A DNA stretch of 64,000 nucleotides, taken from contig NC_042999.1 in the NCBI RefSeq assembly GCF_006345805.1, positions 118,296,001 through 118,360,000 of the forward strand, given 5' to 3'. This stretch comes from Octopus sinensis. Taxonomy: Eukaryota. The notes under the pieces were generated by a model that worked only from the letters and a program-made list of their open reading frames with translations, was not told where the DNA came from and searched no databases. Shown piece by piece: positions 1 to 13,410 of the stretch (position 1 is the first letter of the stretch; each line of letters begins with the position of its first letter). The position numbers were made by a program, and so were the translations under genes.

Positions 1-379
1 TTTTTTAAGTCTTTTGATTCTCACCTTTTTTTTTACTAAATTTAAATGTCATATATATAGTTATGTTATAAATACAACCAATTAGTAAATTCAAAAAAGA
101 ATTTCTCCTAAGAAGTTATTTTTATTATGGCAAACTTTCAAATCTTCCATGATTGACCAGGCCAATGGTGTATAAGTAATTGTTTGAAAGATGAGGCTCA
201 TCTTACAGTTATATCATGTCTTTGCTTAACTGAAGATCATACTGCACATTCAAATATGCAGTGAGGGACTGTATGGGTTGCAGTGTGTCAATAAAAGTGT
301 GATATGCTCATTCTACTGTCATATTTTTTTTATGTGCTTCCGGCAGAAGTCATAAAAGATGTCAACTTTAGAGTTGTTA

Positions 380-1560
380 TGAATTGATCCAGCTTAGAGA
401 TTCTAGAAATTTGACACTGTTGACATGAGTAGTTTTTGATGGTAGAAAATGTAGAGATTCTTTTAGGCTCTGTGTTTTAAACACATGTTCTTGGGCTTGT
501 GTTACCTTGATGCTTTGAGATTTGTTTAGATTTCCCTGTTGCTTTTCTAGTATGTAATTGAAGGGAATGGTCAAAATCATTATTAGGTTGCAATGTGCCT
601 GTTTTTCATTTTTATGTCTCAATCTTTTCTGTAACATTTGGCTACTGTTAGTTGAAAAATGTCCAACAACGGCTTTTGTTCAGTGTTACTGCATGCATAT
701 ATTATTTAGGTTATGATTGCTGTTGTTGATGCTAATCACTCTACTTTCTTGCTTTTAGTTTTGTGGTTCATAGTGAATACACATGATTGTCAGTTTTTCT
801 GTTTTCCTGTAGTTTATTGTTGCTATTTTCTTGTTTGATTGCTTGATGTCAAGTTTATTTCAGTTGCGTGACGTCTTGATGATTTGTGTTTGATTTCTGT
901 TTTTAGATTTTATAAGCTTTGCTATTTCTGGTAACTATTTGGGATTGTATATATTTCTTGGCCTTGAGGGATATGGTTTTAGAGGCATCTATAATTATTT
1001 TCCTAAATATATATGTTGCAGTGTTTATCTCAGAGAGTCAGGTGTTATTAGTTTTGAAAAACCATGATTCTATTTGTTGGTGGATCAGGTTCAGTTACGT
1101 TTTTTCCAAAAATTTTTAAAGTAGCTTTCCTTTCTTCAATGATGTGTGAATGTATTGTGATGATAATTGGTAGATGGTCTAAGGAAAGTTAGGGAATTAA
1201 CATGAAGCAGATGTGATTCCTATATATTTTGAACACAAGAAAATATCTGGGAAAGTGTTGTTGTAGTTGATATACAGAACTCTGTGTGTGTTGGTGCCAA
1301 ATGTTTGGGATTTTGGGATATAAAAGGAGTTTTGTTGTGATAACATTATTTTAACTCTTTTATCACCTACTTGAAAAGGTTGAAGCACTGAGTCAATTGA
1401 AGTTCCCACATAAGAGCAATGTTTCAAAGAGTGTTAAAATACTGTAGTTGAGATCATGTTGCCAGTGAGAAGGTTTTTGATGTTGCGGTGCATATATTTG
1501 AGTGCATTGTGTTGCTTTTTGTTACTGTTTATTACTGTGAAAGCCTATATTTTGAGTCTA
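380..1560 (-). mobile_element. Highly decayed Penelope-like element relic (RT C-terminus to GIY-YIG region), tentative
   Basis: Broken minus-strand frames give YFNTL*NIALMWELQ, PTHT/VLYINYN (1-nt frameshift), YTIPK*LPEIAKLIK and LKESLHF. Their order matches Penelope motifs (LNSxHPNIKFTxE, KPTHTxLYxNxxS, LPYIxxxSEKI, KEAIHI). Matches are weak. Confidence 0.4.
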
Positions 1561-1899
1561 ATGTTGTTTCCTATTAATTCAGAAATGTCATTCCTGTTTT
1601 GAAGAGAAATAAAAATCTATTTTTAACAGAACACATAGAAGAACATATTATATAATGGGGTAGAGATGTCTGAAAACTGATTTCTATATGGAGGAACCAC
1701 ATATCAATTCTCAATCAATCATTCATCTTGTTTCCATTGCATATGATTTGAAAGTCTTCTTGAGCTATTTCCTGCTTGTTAGCTCATGATATAAGAGTGA
1801 TAAACTGAAATAAGTGAGTACTAACTCAAAGATCCCCCAATTATCAAATATACGTGGATTTACTGAAGGCAAGACAAAAAATGGAATAGGAATGGACAA

Positions 1900-3051
1900 A
1901 AATCTTTTATTAACTGACATAGGTGATTCACATTGCATGTTTCTGCTATAACAACTTTTCATATTGCTCTTCGTCATTGCAGACAAATATATAATACAAG
2001 CTCATTTAGTTTGTGGCAAAGGAAGTTGCAGGCTATCTAACATTCGCAAAAGGATACAGACAGATTTCAGAAATAGCATCATTGACAAAAGCAATGTGCA
2101 CATATGGATGGAAAAAGTTAAAGTAAAGCCAACCACAATTGAAGAAAAACAACTAAGTAGGAGTTCATCATCTAAAACCACAGACACAAATCTCCAAATG
2201 AATGGACAAATTTATTCACATAGACAGATGAGTCACAATTCATGAATTTGCTGTGTAATTGGATGGTAGTCACAATGTACTACAGAAGGTAGCTGAAAAC
2301 TTTGGGTATTGGAAAGTGTGTATTGAGTGGGTACTTCAACAGTTGATATCTCATATGAAGAAGAAAGGAGTGGAAGTCTGATATGATCCCTTGAAACTGT
2401 TTGAAGTCATTGAATATACAATTCTCTTGTGATCTGAGGATAAGATATGAAAATTGGCTATATCTATTCTCTGGAAATGAAAACTCAGTCCATGGTAGAA
2501 GGCTATACGTCTTCTCCAAGGCCCAAGAAGTTCAAGAGCCAACAGCAAGCACAGAAAGTCAAGATAACTGTTTTTTGGAATGACAAGTGTGTCAGTATTC
2601 TTGATTGTTTTGAAATGTGACTATACTATAAAGAGCAAATGGCACATTTATACTCCAAGCACTTTAAGAATCCATTAGGAGGAATAATCTGAACAGGAAT
2701 CCGAAAATGGTTGGTATACACCATGACAAATCAAGGTCACACACATCTTTGGCTACAAATCAAGCAATCACTTAATCAGACTTCAACCTCTTTGGTTCAA
2801 TAAATGACAGTCTTCAAGGACAATTATTTGATGACAGAGATGAAAAGGAAATGGTTGTGATGGAATGGATACAACAGTGACGATCTGAATTTTTTCAAAG
2901 TGGATTTGAGGATTGAGCTCAATGATGGCACAAATGGCACAAATGTGTCACTTTTGATGGAGACTATGTTACGTTGTACCTTTATACGAAGGAACAGTTA
3001 TTTTACCAACATGTGATATCTGAATGACATCTGTCAGTTTATAAAACATTT
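1900..3051 (+). mobile_element. Degenerate mariner (DD34D-type) DNA transposon
   Basis: Fragments IIDKSNVHIWMEK (HTH), LGYWKVCIEWVLQQL (WVPxxL), SSPRPKKFKSQQQAQKVKITVFWN, HHDKSRSHTS and SDFNLFGSI...CVTFDGDYV. A 33-bp inverted repeat at 1900-1932 / 3019-3051 matches at 27/33. Many stops and frameshifts; the YSPDL motif is missing. Confidence 0.9.
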
Positions 3052-3265
3052 GCCTTCTTTTGTATGCATGTATGTATATGTGTAGGCAGAATTTCCTTGA
3101 TCACATTCCCCAACAGAATGCCATGCTCTGGGATTGACTCAATAACAGTGTAGTTACCAAAGTTTCTGTGGTTAAGAAGATAATTCCAACACCCACATTG
3201 TTACTAGTTTGATCTGGAACTTGGACATATCTTCACTCTAGCATTTCATAGGGAGAAGCAAATCT

Positions 3266-3432
3266 GTGCATGCACACACACATACATGCATGCACTTACA
3301 TGCACATACAAACACACACACACACGCATTTACACATACATACACACACTCACACATACACGTGTATTTGCACACACATACACACACTCACACACATATC
3401 CCCACAGTCTCACACACACACACACACACACA
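3266..3432. repeat. CA/CATA-rich compound microsatellite
   Basis: Directly visible; explains the HT-rich ORFs. Confidence 0.95.
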
Positions 3433-4734
3433 GATAGAGAGCAAGAGAGTGAGTCACAAGCATGCTGACTGAAAGACTGGCAGAGGCAGAGAGGCACAAA
3501 GTAGATTCATATTTTGGTTAAAATGGTGCATTCATCATCCCATGCAGTAAATTTCCTACAGAAGTTTTGTCACAGCCCTGAAATATTTACAAACATTTGT
3601 CAATACTTTGCTCAGTCCTTTTGTGAATTACTCTTAAATTGAACGAAAATTTACCTTGTTCAGTTCTTGCTGAATTTTTATTGTCCTAAGATGTAGATAT
3701 GTATGATTTTTCTTCAGCTGCAAACAAAGTGACAAGACTTTCTGAGTTAAGAGAGATCCCAGTGTTTGTAAATCTGTGGTTGAGTTGGTGCATTGTTTGA
3801 ACTGTCGATGCATACACCTAAGTGTGTGCACCTTTCCACATAAGAATCTCAGATGAAGAACTTTTGCAATGGTTCAGTTCAAAAGTCCATTGGAATTTTT
3901 CTTGACAGATCTGCAATAGCCAACTCCAGGTTCTTTCATTGTCATGGTGCATGTATAGTAAATTTTCCATGTGATTTGTATTTCACTGTTTGATTACTGC
4001 CATGATCTTTTCAAAAAAAGTTGTTTCTTTGCATTTGCACCAAATCTTTTACCAGGTTTGCATTGATGGCAAAAATTATAGGAGATACTTCCATTATCAA
4101 GGTGAATGAACAGTTCTCTATGCCAACGTGTCCATATTCAATGACATGTTGATGTATGTGTGTATGTATGTATGTATGCATGCAAGTTATGTACATATGT
4201 ATGTAACTAGACATAGACTGAGAGGTTTAGAGAAAGATATATACATGCATACGTATTTACTTCTAACTTACTCTTTTTTCATATTCTCTTTCTCATTGTT
4301 GTTCTCTCTTGTCTCCTTCTGTCATTCCCATTGCCTGTTCATCTTCTCTGACTGATTTCTCCAACATCTTTCAACAGAATTCTTTGTGTCTTTTTTGCTA
4401 TTTTAGAGTTTTCTCTTTCCTGTGGCACACAACTAATCCAGTCTATGTATTTTATTGATGAGAAAGAATGTGATTTGTATTAGATTAAATCATATGTTAA
4501 AAACTCTAAAACTTATGTAACCAAATCTTACATTACTGTCAAACTTAAGTACGTAGTGCATTGTATAAAATGTCTTGAAAATCAAAACATATCTATATTT
4601 TAATCTTTACTTTGGAGAAATTATCTCAATTTATCATCATTATGCTAAGTTACAGAGTTTGTTAGAATAGAATAGAATAGAACTATTTCTGATAGTAAAA
4701 ATAAATGGGAAATTATTCCAAAATATCTTCCGTT

Positions 4735-5171
4735 TATTTTTACATGGTTTCAGTCATTGGACTGCAGCCATGCTGGGGCATTGTCTTGAAGAATTTTTGT
4801 CAAATGAATAGACCCCAGTAATTAGATTTTTAAACTTGGTACTTATACTTTTGGTTTTTGTCAAACCGTTAAGTTACAAGGACATAAAATCACCAAAACT
4901 GGTTGTCAAATAGCGGTTGGGTACAAACACAGACACAAAGACATGCACACACACATACACGTATTTATATATGTGTGTTTGTGAGTGTATATATGTATGT
5001 ATGTTGGGCTTGACCTCCTTCAGTTTCTGTCTACCAAATTCACTCACAAGGTTTTGGTTGGCCTGAGATTATTGTAGAAGACACTTGCCTCCAAGGTGCC
5101 ACCATGCAATGAGACTGAAAACAGAATCATGTGGTTAGGAAGCAAACTTCTTATCACACACAGCCATGCCT
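4735..5171 (-). mobile_element. tRNA-derived SINE family A, old copy
   Basis: Aligns by eye with the younger copies at 5300 and 49256 (cagtttc..ctaccaaat..cactcacaagg; gaagacacttgcc..aaggtgcc). Confidence 0.85.
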
Positions 5172-5299
5172 CCATCTATGTATCATAATTAGTGAAGCTA
5201 CACAAGCCAACCAAAGCAAAGCAAAGCTAACATAATTCCCTTAAATTATACCTTACTGTCATAAACAATGAAGAAGATTCTAAACAGAACAACACTGGA

Positions 5300-5698
5300 T
5301 ACTTTTTTACTCTTTTACTTGTTTCAGTCATGTGACTGTGGCCATGCTGGAGCACCACCTTTAGTCGAGCAAATTGACCCCAACACTTATTCTTTGTAAG
5401 CCTAGTACTTATTCTATCGGTCTCTTTTGCCAAACCGCTAAGCTACGGGGACGTAAACACACCAGCATCGGTTGTCAAGTGATGTTGGGGGGACAAACAT
5501 ATACACACATGTACACATATATATATACATATATACAACGGGCTTCTTTCAGTTTCCATCTTCCAAATTCACTCACAAGGCTTTGGTCAGCCTGAGGCTA
5601 TAGTAGAAGACACTTGCCCAAGGTGCCATGCAGTGGGACTGAACCCAGAACCATGTGGCTCATAAGCAAGCTACTTACCACACAGTCACTCCTACGCC
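5300..5698 (-). mobile_element. tRNA-derived SINE family A, full length
   Basis: Minus strand reads ggcgtaggagtgactgtgtggtaag...ggttctgggttcagtccc (A/B-box-like head), then an internal TA/CA microsatellite and an (aaaagagt) tail. Confidence 0.92.
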
Positions 5699-6544
5699 TA
5701 TACACACAAAAAGTGGAATGTTCATGGTTGCAATGTTTTTGATAATATGTCACTTTCGATCAAGTTTAATCTGAGCTTAAACTGAACATTTACCATTTCT
5801 TAAATGTCTTAACAGTACACATAATTTATCAGTTTTTATTTTTCTATTCTAGCTCGAATTTTAATGAAGCATTCAGTTCTGTAACTTGATATCCTCGCCT
5901 GTTCTTAATTATTCAATTATAAAGTAATTGTAGAACCAGTTGTTAGTCAAACAAAGACAAGTGGAAAATTAAGTTTCCTTGCCCAAGGTTATATAACAAT
6001 TGCTAAAGTAAATTTTGAATGGGTGGTTATACATTCTGTAGTCCATAAATTTAAGCTCACTCTCTTTAGATGTTCTAAATATCCTCATCATTACCACTGC
6101 TACCACTGTCAACACTGCCACATCTACAGTATCATCATCATCATTCTCATCATCAATATTAGCAGCAGCAGCATCAGAATGATCACTTAACATCCATTTT
6201 TCCATGCTGATGCAGTTTAGACAAGTTTAATAAAGTCTCATCAGTCAGTAGGTATTAATCTTCTGTCACAGATGACATCAAAGATATCCAACTAACTTTG
6301 TTATTGTAGTGTTATTTTTTAAAATTTTTGCAAACTGTTTTTTTACCTCTACCATCTCTGTCTACTTTATCATATGGTGCATTATATCATATGGTTAGCA
6401 GAGTATATGTCACCATTTATTTTTTTTTTTTGCGTAATACAGGGTTGAAGAGATAGTTGGGAGAGAAGGAACATGGAGATTATTATGAGAGTGTTAGATG
6501 CTGAAGATAGAAGCTGAAGTTATCATCAGAGATGGAAGTTGTAT

Positions 6545-6780
6545 TTGTAATTGTTTAGCCCTGGGTCAAGCTTGATTGAGAAGATCTATGTTCAAAAATA
6601 TTTCTACTATGAATCTTCTGTCAGTTTTCTTGTGTACAGAGAATCCACCATTTATTATCCAACATGACTTTATTTTTTAGTGTAACAGGAGGAGATTTTA
6701 GGAAAATTTAGTTGCTATTTCTAGCAGAGTTAGTGATCACATAAAGACTTTGTTATTTCCTCAAAATATGGAGACTGTCA
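6545..6780 (+). repeat. Unclassified old interspersed repeat, family F
   Basis: tgtttagccc..gtca..ttgat..ga.ctatg.tcaaa...gctatttctagca. Related pieces lie at 10295-10345 plus 13870-13925 (split by the LTR element), 21505-21570 and 49080-49250 (minus). Confidence 0.5.
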
Positions 6781-9700
6781 TGAGAGGTGGAAGCTGTTAT
6801 GAGAGGCGGTGACTGTCATGAAAAATTGATGTTGTCATTAGATGTTACTTTGTGGGTGAAAGTTAACAAATATCAGAGTTGTTTTTGCCTGGTAATTGAT
6901 TTGATCTGAGACAAGGTGTTGAAATTAAAGCAATTACAGCATAGAAGACTTAGTTTGGCCATTCAAAACACACAAACTGTTAACTTCACTTAATTATTTA
7001 TTACTTAGAGTCCAAATTTTCTCCACACTGTCTGTGACCTGGTCACTGACACAGATACACTTGCCATGAAAATATTGATACCTAGTAATAAATAATTAAG
7101 CGAAGTTAACAGTTTCTGAGTATTTTTCAATGGCTAAATTGTATCTTCCATGCTGTATTTGAATCAGGAAATATTTGTATTCTTAAATTTGGATAGTTTT
7201 CTAAATGAAACTGGTAGGATGAAGTAGGTAGACTAAAAAAATAGAAATGTCAGAGTATATAACAACATAGAAACAAGATTATAAAATTTGTGAGTGGGAA
7301 ACATCAGCAGAGAAGAAAGTATGTAAGAAGATATACCAGACCCTAACTGGCTTAGGAAAAGAACAAAGATACTGAAAAGAATTGAAGATGCAAAGAAACA
7401 CATGTAGAAACAAAAGAAAGTAACCTTCTTTCAGATGGTAGGTTGTAGTTTCATGGAAATTTAACTGATGCTTTTTATTAGGTTGAGTGATTATGTACAA
7501 TTTGTTTAATTTGTTGGTGTTGTTGAGATATAATACCCTACTGTTGAGAGCATTTGTGTGTGTTGTTGTGTGTGTGTGTGTGTGTGTGTGTGCATTAATG
7601 TTTGTTTCTAAGTCAAGTTATGATATAAACAATTTTACATTTAACTTAAGGATTATAAAATACTTTCTATAGAGAATAGGTAGTTTTCCTGTTAGGCTTC
7701 TTTGGACTGTGGCACATTTGAGTTCATCTTAGCTTTTGTTTTTCTGGGATAGGTGGAGTTATATTTAACAATAATTAGGTAGCAGTGTATGTTCTGATAG
7801 AAAGACATTGTAGAAGGTTTTACTTGCTTAAAGTTGTAATTGTGTTATTGTTCAGAGTTCAGTCATATGTTATATCTGTAATCAGGTGTGTCTATTTATG
7901 TGTGTCAGCTTCAGGCTCTGGTCTTGTTTTTTAGGGTTCACACAATGGAAATTGGTCAGCACTTTTACATGCATGACTGGACATTGAACAATAACACACC
8001 TCTAATCTTGAATAATAAAAGACTTCTATCATAATTTACCATCAGAACTTACACTACAACTAATTATCATTCAACATAGCTCAGATTGTCCCACACAAAA
8101 CAAATGTACCAGAGACTATATGAAAACATGATGGATTCAAATGTACTATAGTCCAATAAAAGCTAGTAGACAAAAGCTTCAAATCCACTCTCACCACTCC
8201 TCTTGAAAATGTATAAGATATATATATATATACATACATACACATGAATGAATATAAAAACCATTATTAATTCAAATTTCTTTGCCTGTTCATACTCATT
8301 CTTACCTATTTAGAAAGAACATGAACACTACTAGATTTCGGTAAGAACAAGTTTTAACTGAAAAAAATTGCGAAACATTTAAATTCCCAACTGCTCAACT
8401 CTTGCTTGTGTTTTTTACTTATGGTAAATTTCAAAACCTCAGAAGCAAAGTAGTATTTATTTAATCACTGATTTCAGTTATAAAAATACCTACTGAATAT
8501 CATTTTTAAAATCACCTTCACTTGGAACTGATATAAATAAGACATGCTAGCTGAAACCAAGTGTCAGTTGTCTAAAATCATAAATTCAAACTTACAGTAA
8601 ATGAAATATTTTTATCCTTTTAGATTTAGTCTGTGTTTTTTTTAAATTTTGATTCTTTTTTTTTTCTAATATTTTTCCTATCAATTCTGATATTTGAAAC
8701 AAATATATTTTCTTTTTTCCTCAACATGAATATAAATTCATAAATAGAATTTCAGATTATTTTATTTTTGAAAAAAGCATGTTTGTGATGAGACCAATAA
8801 TGTCATTATAATGTTGCTTAATTTTGAGATGATAAATGCAAGTAATGTTTTGTGAGAGTTTAATATGCAGCAAATACTAATAATAGTTTGCAAAACCTTA
8901 AAAAATTATCTGTTGTTTGTCTACAAAGAGTTGCAGCAGCAAGAACAGTTAAACATGGTGATTTATCAGTTACCATACATAACTGGAAAGATTAGTTTAA
9001 ATGCCAATGATAATCATGTTTCATAGATTGTTTCGTGATCAAGCAAACGAATTCATGAATATAAACTCACAAACAAGTTTGTAACAATAATGGTTTTCCT
9101 ACCACTCTTCCCCCACTCTATCTATCTACCTATCTATCTATCAATACATACATGCATATGTGTGTATGTATTTGTACATATATATATATATATGGATATA
9201 TATGTGTAAGTGTATATATGTATGTATGTACTCACTCACTCACACACACACTTACACACGTGTCCACACACACGCGCAAAATATGTAACTGTGTGTGTAA
9301 AATCCCTTCATCAGCTATCAACAGAAGATTATACCAACCAAAATATTGTATGTCAGCTACTAAGTTTTTATTCCACTGCAATCATATTTGGATATCCTTA
9401 GGCAAAGCATTTAATACTTGCTTCAATCTTCCTAACTGAGAATAGATACCATTCTATATGTAAATTTACCATGCAATCAACAAGAATCTTAGCCGGGAGA
9501 GTCGAAAACTTATAACACCTCTCCTTAATATTCTGAATATCTAAAGTGTCGTTTATTGCTTTATTTGAGCTGGATGATATCTCTTTCTTGCCTCATTCTC
9601 ATATCCTAGCATGAAAATTCTGGACATTTCAATTTTATGTAGACGAACCGCATTCAAACGAAAGCATAAAGAGAATTAGAGGAATTTATTAGAATGAGAC

Positions 9701-9815
9701 TGAAGTAAATCTAAATACCTAGTTTTCAGTAATGCAATATTGCTAATAAGGCAAGAGATATAGAGTGCTAGACTAAATGCAGTATTCAGTTTCATGTTGA
9801 TATGTGTTCAAATTC

Positions 9816-10213
9816 AAAGATGGCAACCTAGCAGAAACTTTAGCACAACGGGTGAAATGCTTAGCGGTATATCGTCTGTCTTTATGTTCTGAGTTCAAAT
9901 TCCGCCGAGGTCGACTTTGCCTTTCATCCTTTCGGGGTCGATTAAATAAGTACCAGTTACGCACTGGGGTCGATATAACCGACTTTATCCGTTTGTCCGT
10001 CCTTGTTTGTCCTCTCTGTGTTTAACCCTTTGTGGGTAGTAAAGAAATAGATATTTCGTCTGTCTTTACGTTCTGAGTTCAAATTCCGCTGAGGTCGACT
10101 TTATCTTTCATTTTTTCAGGGTCGATAAATTAAGTACCAGTTGCGTACTGGGGTCGATCTAATCAACTTGCCTCCTCCCCCAAAATTTCGGGTCTTCGAC
10201 CTAGAGTAGAAAA
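9816..10213 (+). mobile_element. SINE family B, dimeric form
   Basis: Monomer 1 ends gtagtaaagaaata (10049). Monomer 2 repeats gttctgagttcaaattcc..gaggtcgacttt with a different tail. Flanked by an 18-bp TSD tgatatgtgtt(c/t)aaattc at 9798-9815 / 10214-10231. Confidence 0.92.
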
Positions 10214-10360
10214 TGATATGTGTTTAAATTCTGTTGTGACTATCTTTGTTTCATATAAAAATTCATTGCAATATTTTGAAGTTGTTGCTGTTACTGTTTA
10301 GCCAACTGAGTAGGTCTTTGATTAAAGATGTTCCAGCCATTCATATGTCTCAATGAATAC

Positions 10361-10608
10361 TGTTGTATCACCAATTGTTATGATGATATTTTTTACACTA
10401 TAACTGTGTAGTAACAATAAACATATAACGGAGCAGGGTAACAAGAATGTAATAATCCAACAAACTATACACAAACCAATAAACTATATTCTGACAACTA
10501 CCAAAACAACACCTTACGACTTCCAGGTATTATCTCACTTAGACCGCTCCTATTTATAGTCATTCGGCCAGTCAATACTCGCAGGGTGTCGTGACTCTCG
10601 CCACAACA
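10361..10608 (-). repeat. 3' LTR (248 bp)
   Basis: Plus strand tgttgtatcacc...ctctcgccacaaca (TG..CA ends); PPT at 10609-10620. Confidence 0.9.
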
Positions 10609-10789
10609 TCACCTCTTTTGAGATTTCGACTTCCGTAGGAAACGAAATTTATTTCTTTTCTTTTTTCCTTTCCAACATCTCTCCCTTTCTGAGATTTTCA
10701 TTCCCTCGGGAGTCCAATCCTTTTTCTGCTTAGGAATTATTTCTAAATGTTCAGTCTGTTTATGTTTTCTATTACTGCTCATTCTAGGC

Positions 10790-12340
10790 TAATCTCTTTT
10801 GGAATTGGCATATCGAACATGTCGTAAAACACTTCCATTAGAATGTCCTTACTTTCGTCCATAAATCTAGTTTTTAATTGATTTAGGTATCATTTATGCT
10901 CCCATTGTTGGTTTTTTATTAAATACATCATGTTTCCAATTCTTTTAGTCACCATACCGTCCTCCCAATCTTCTTTACCGTTCTTGTATATTTTGAAATG
11001 GACTCTGTCTCCCACATCAAAATATTTTGTTGAATTTTTTGTATTTTATCTATACGTTTTTTTTCTTTATCAACAATTTGACAAAGATAGATTTCTATCT
11101 TTCAGAGCGAACATTAGCTCTGCAGGCGACTTGCCTGAACTGGTATTCGGATTGGGCATTATTCTTTACACCCTTAATAACTGAGTTAGTGCTCCGTCAT
11201 TTCCTAATTTGTTCCTTACCGTTTTTAGTGCTCGCTTAAAAGTATCTACGAATACTGCTTGTGCATTTGATCTCGAGTGGTAGAGCGGAATAAAAATGTG
11301 CTTGATTGCATGCATTTCGCAGAGACTTTTGAACGTGTATCCTGTAAATAGTGTTTCATTGTCCGATATTATGGTGTTTGGAACACCGTATCGAGCAAAA
11401 AGTTGGTGCAAGAGCTTTATTGTTGCCTTCGAAGTTGGTTGACTGCACCTACATACTTCCGGGCACTTGATAAAGCTATAAACAACGATCAAGTAGTACG
11501 CTCCATTCACCGGTCCCGTGTAGTCTATATGCACCCTGGACCACGGACTATCAGTCTCAGGCCACGATTGGTATTTCACCAGTGATGCCTTGGCTGCTAG
11601 CACACAACCTCTACATGATTTCACCAAAGTTTCAATGTTTCGGCCCATCGTCGGCCAAAACACGTAATTCGTTATCAAGGATTTTATTCTTGACATCCTC
11701 TGGTATCCCTTATGAAATTCATGCAATACGCGTTTCTGTAGTATAGTTGGTACTATCACTCTTTGTGGATACATTAATACATCGTCGCAGAGTGAAAAAT
11801 GGTTCGCATTCGTGTTTCTCTTTTGTTTATTTTTCAAGGTTTCCTTCAATTTTATGATGTATTTATCCTCCGTTGATTTACTTTTTATATCTTGCAGTCA
11901 CTGGCAGCTCCCAAATGATGTTACAATAATGATTATTAATTTTTTCTTCAATTCAGTTGATGAGTTATTTTTACTGGTAGGACAGCCACTTATTTTTTTA
12001 CAGTACAGACTTATGAGGAGTTCCCATAAGTCAAACAACTCCATCTAGTCCGTATCGTTTAGATTTGTTGCATTTTTTTTAACATGAAAACTTTGTTCTA
12101 CAGGTTTTACCACGAAATGTAACACCGCACCAGATTTCGCCTACGAAGTATAGTTTTTCACCTGTCACGCCTCGTGCAATTTTCGATGTTTATCTTAACG
12201 TAGGTTTCCCAATTCTTTTCCACGTGTCGGTATCAATAATCGAAATATCGCTACCAGTATCTAGTTGTAATTTAATATTCACTTCGTTTATTTTTACATG
12301 TACAAATTTCCTCTTTTTGGCATCGTTTCTACTTTCCGTT
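10790..12340 (-). pseudogene. pol: pol remnant: aspartic protease and integrase, with RT/RNase H deleted
   Basis: Protease KLQLDTGSDISII (12190-12330). Integrase at 11166-11849 has a zinc finger (LHEFHKGY..CRGC), WSRVHIDYTGP and IISDN. The catalytic E is lost (SNAQAVFVDTF versus SNGQAERFV). No YxDD lies between protease and integrase. Confidence 0.9.
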
Positions 12341-12385
12341 AAGAAAACTTTAGAATTTTTTATGTTCGACTTTCCTAACTTTGCT

Positions 12386-13410
12386 TTACAATGTGAATTC
12401 TTGTTTCTTATTTTTAGCAGCTGTAACATTTCGCATTTTGAAAGGACAGTCATTGCTGAAATGTAGCCTTCCACACCTATAACGTGGGTTTGATCCTAAT
12501 ATTTTTTTGTTTATTTCTTCCCAGTCGACATAGCTGTACTTGTGAGAAATCCTTCTTTTCAATTTTTTTTCGTCCTGTCTTAAGTTTACCACTCTTTGAA
12601 ACTCCTCTGCAACTGTCTGCAGGGTTAAACTCTGGTCCGATTGTGCAAGTTTTGTGAGAATTCTTTCACGTATCTCCATATCTTTGTTTGCCGTCAGCCC
12701 TTGTACAAACACGAGGCACTTAAATATATCAGGAATTAGTTCCTTCAGTTTAAACCTTTCGCACATTTGGTTTATGGTCCAGGCATACGTGACAATGTCT
12801 TTATACTCTTTTTAACTAGATTCCAATACCACCATCGAGTGTTAAATAGGGAACTCTTATCACTGAACATTTTGATAGTAATTCGACTGTTTACTGGAAT
12901 CAAATTTCACTAGTCTTTTGGGGTAGTATAAAATGACAATAAAGAGAAAAACTGTTAGTTTTAAATCTCTGAGCGAGAGATATACAGTAACAGTACCGAA
13001 TAGTAAAGTTTATTTGCCAACAGAATGTAGCAGTCTTATAAAGGACGATGTTACTGTTGTTTTAGCCCCCAGGAAAACATCTTTTCCAGCTGGCTATCGA
13101 CATACAGTTTGTGTCCGTATAAGGAAAAATTGTTTTGCTGAGTTAAAACAACAGTAACATTGTCCTTTATAGGGCTGCCACATTCTGTTGGCAAATAAAC
13201 TCTACTAAAATTACAATATTTTTCATGTTCTGACGGAGCTAATTTATATAATACTAGTCTTTTTTTTTCGTCCGGCCACGACTTGAAAACTTCCCTGAAG
13301 ATTTCTTCGTACCTACTGAAGTACACCGCAAACATTATACCTTCCTCTGGGTTATAACTGAATTCCATTATAGAGTTCGATACGCCGGACTTCTTAAAAC
13401 ATAGCTCCAT
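12386..13410 (-). pseudogene. gag: gag remnant, interrupted by a foldback insertion
   Basis: SNSIMEFSYNPEEGIMFAVYFSRYEEIF...EKYCNF resumes after the insertion as ILPQKTSEI*FQ*TVELLSKMFSDKSSLFNTRW, then FKCLVFVQGL and a damaged knuckle RYRCGRLHFSNDCPF. Confidence 0.85.
12942..13205. mobile_element. Foldback insertion in gag
   Basis: 64-bp inverted arms at 13001-13064 / 13144-13207 (5 transitions); 13-bp flanking duplication taaaat(g/t)acaata at 12929-12941 / 13206-13218. Confidence 0.75.

Noticed and set aside
6207-6248. Minus-strand hammerhead-like ctga-CTGATGA-gac..gtc-TAAA-ctgca-tcag
   Set aside because: G12 and U16.1 are both wrong, and it overlaps an old RTE-like tail, so it is probably chance.
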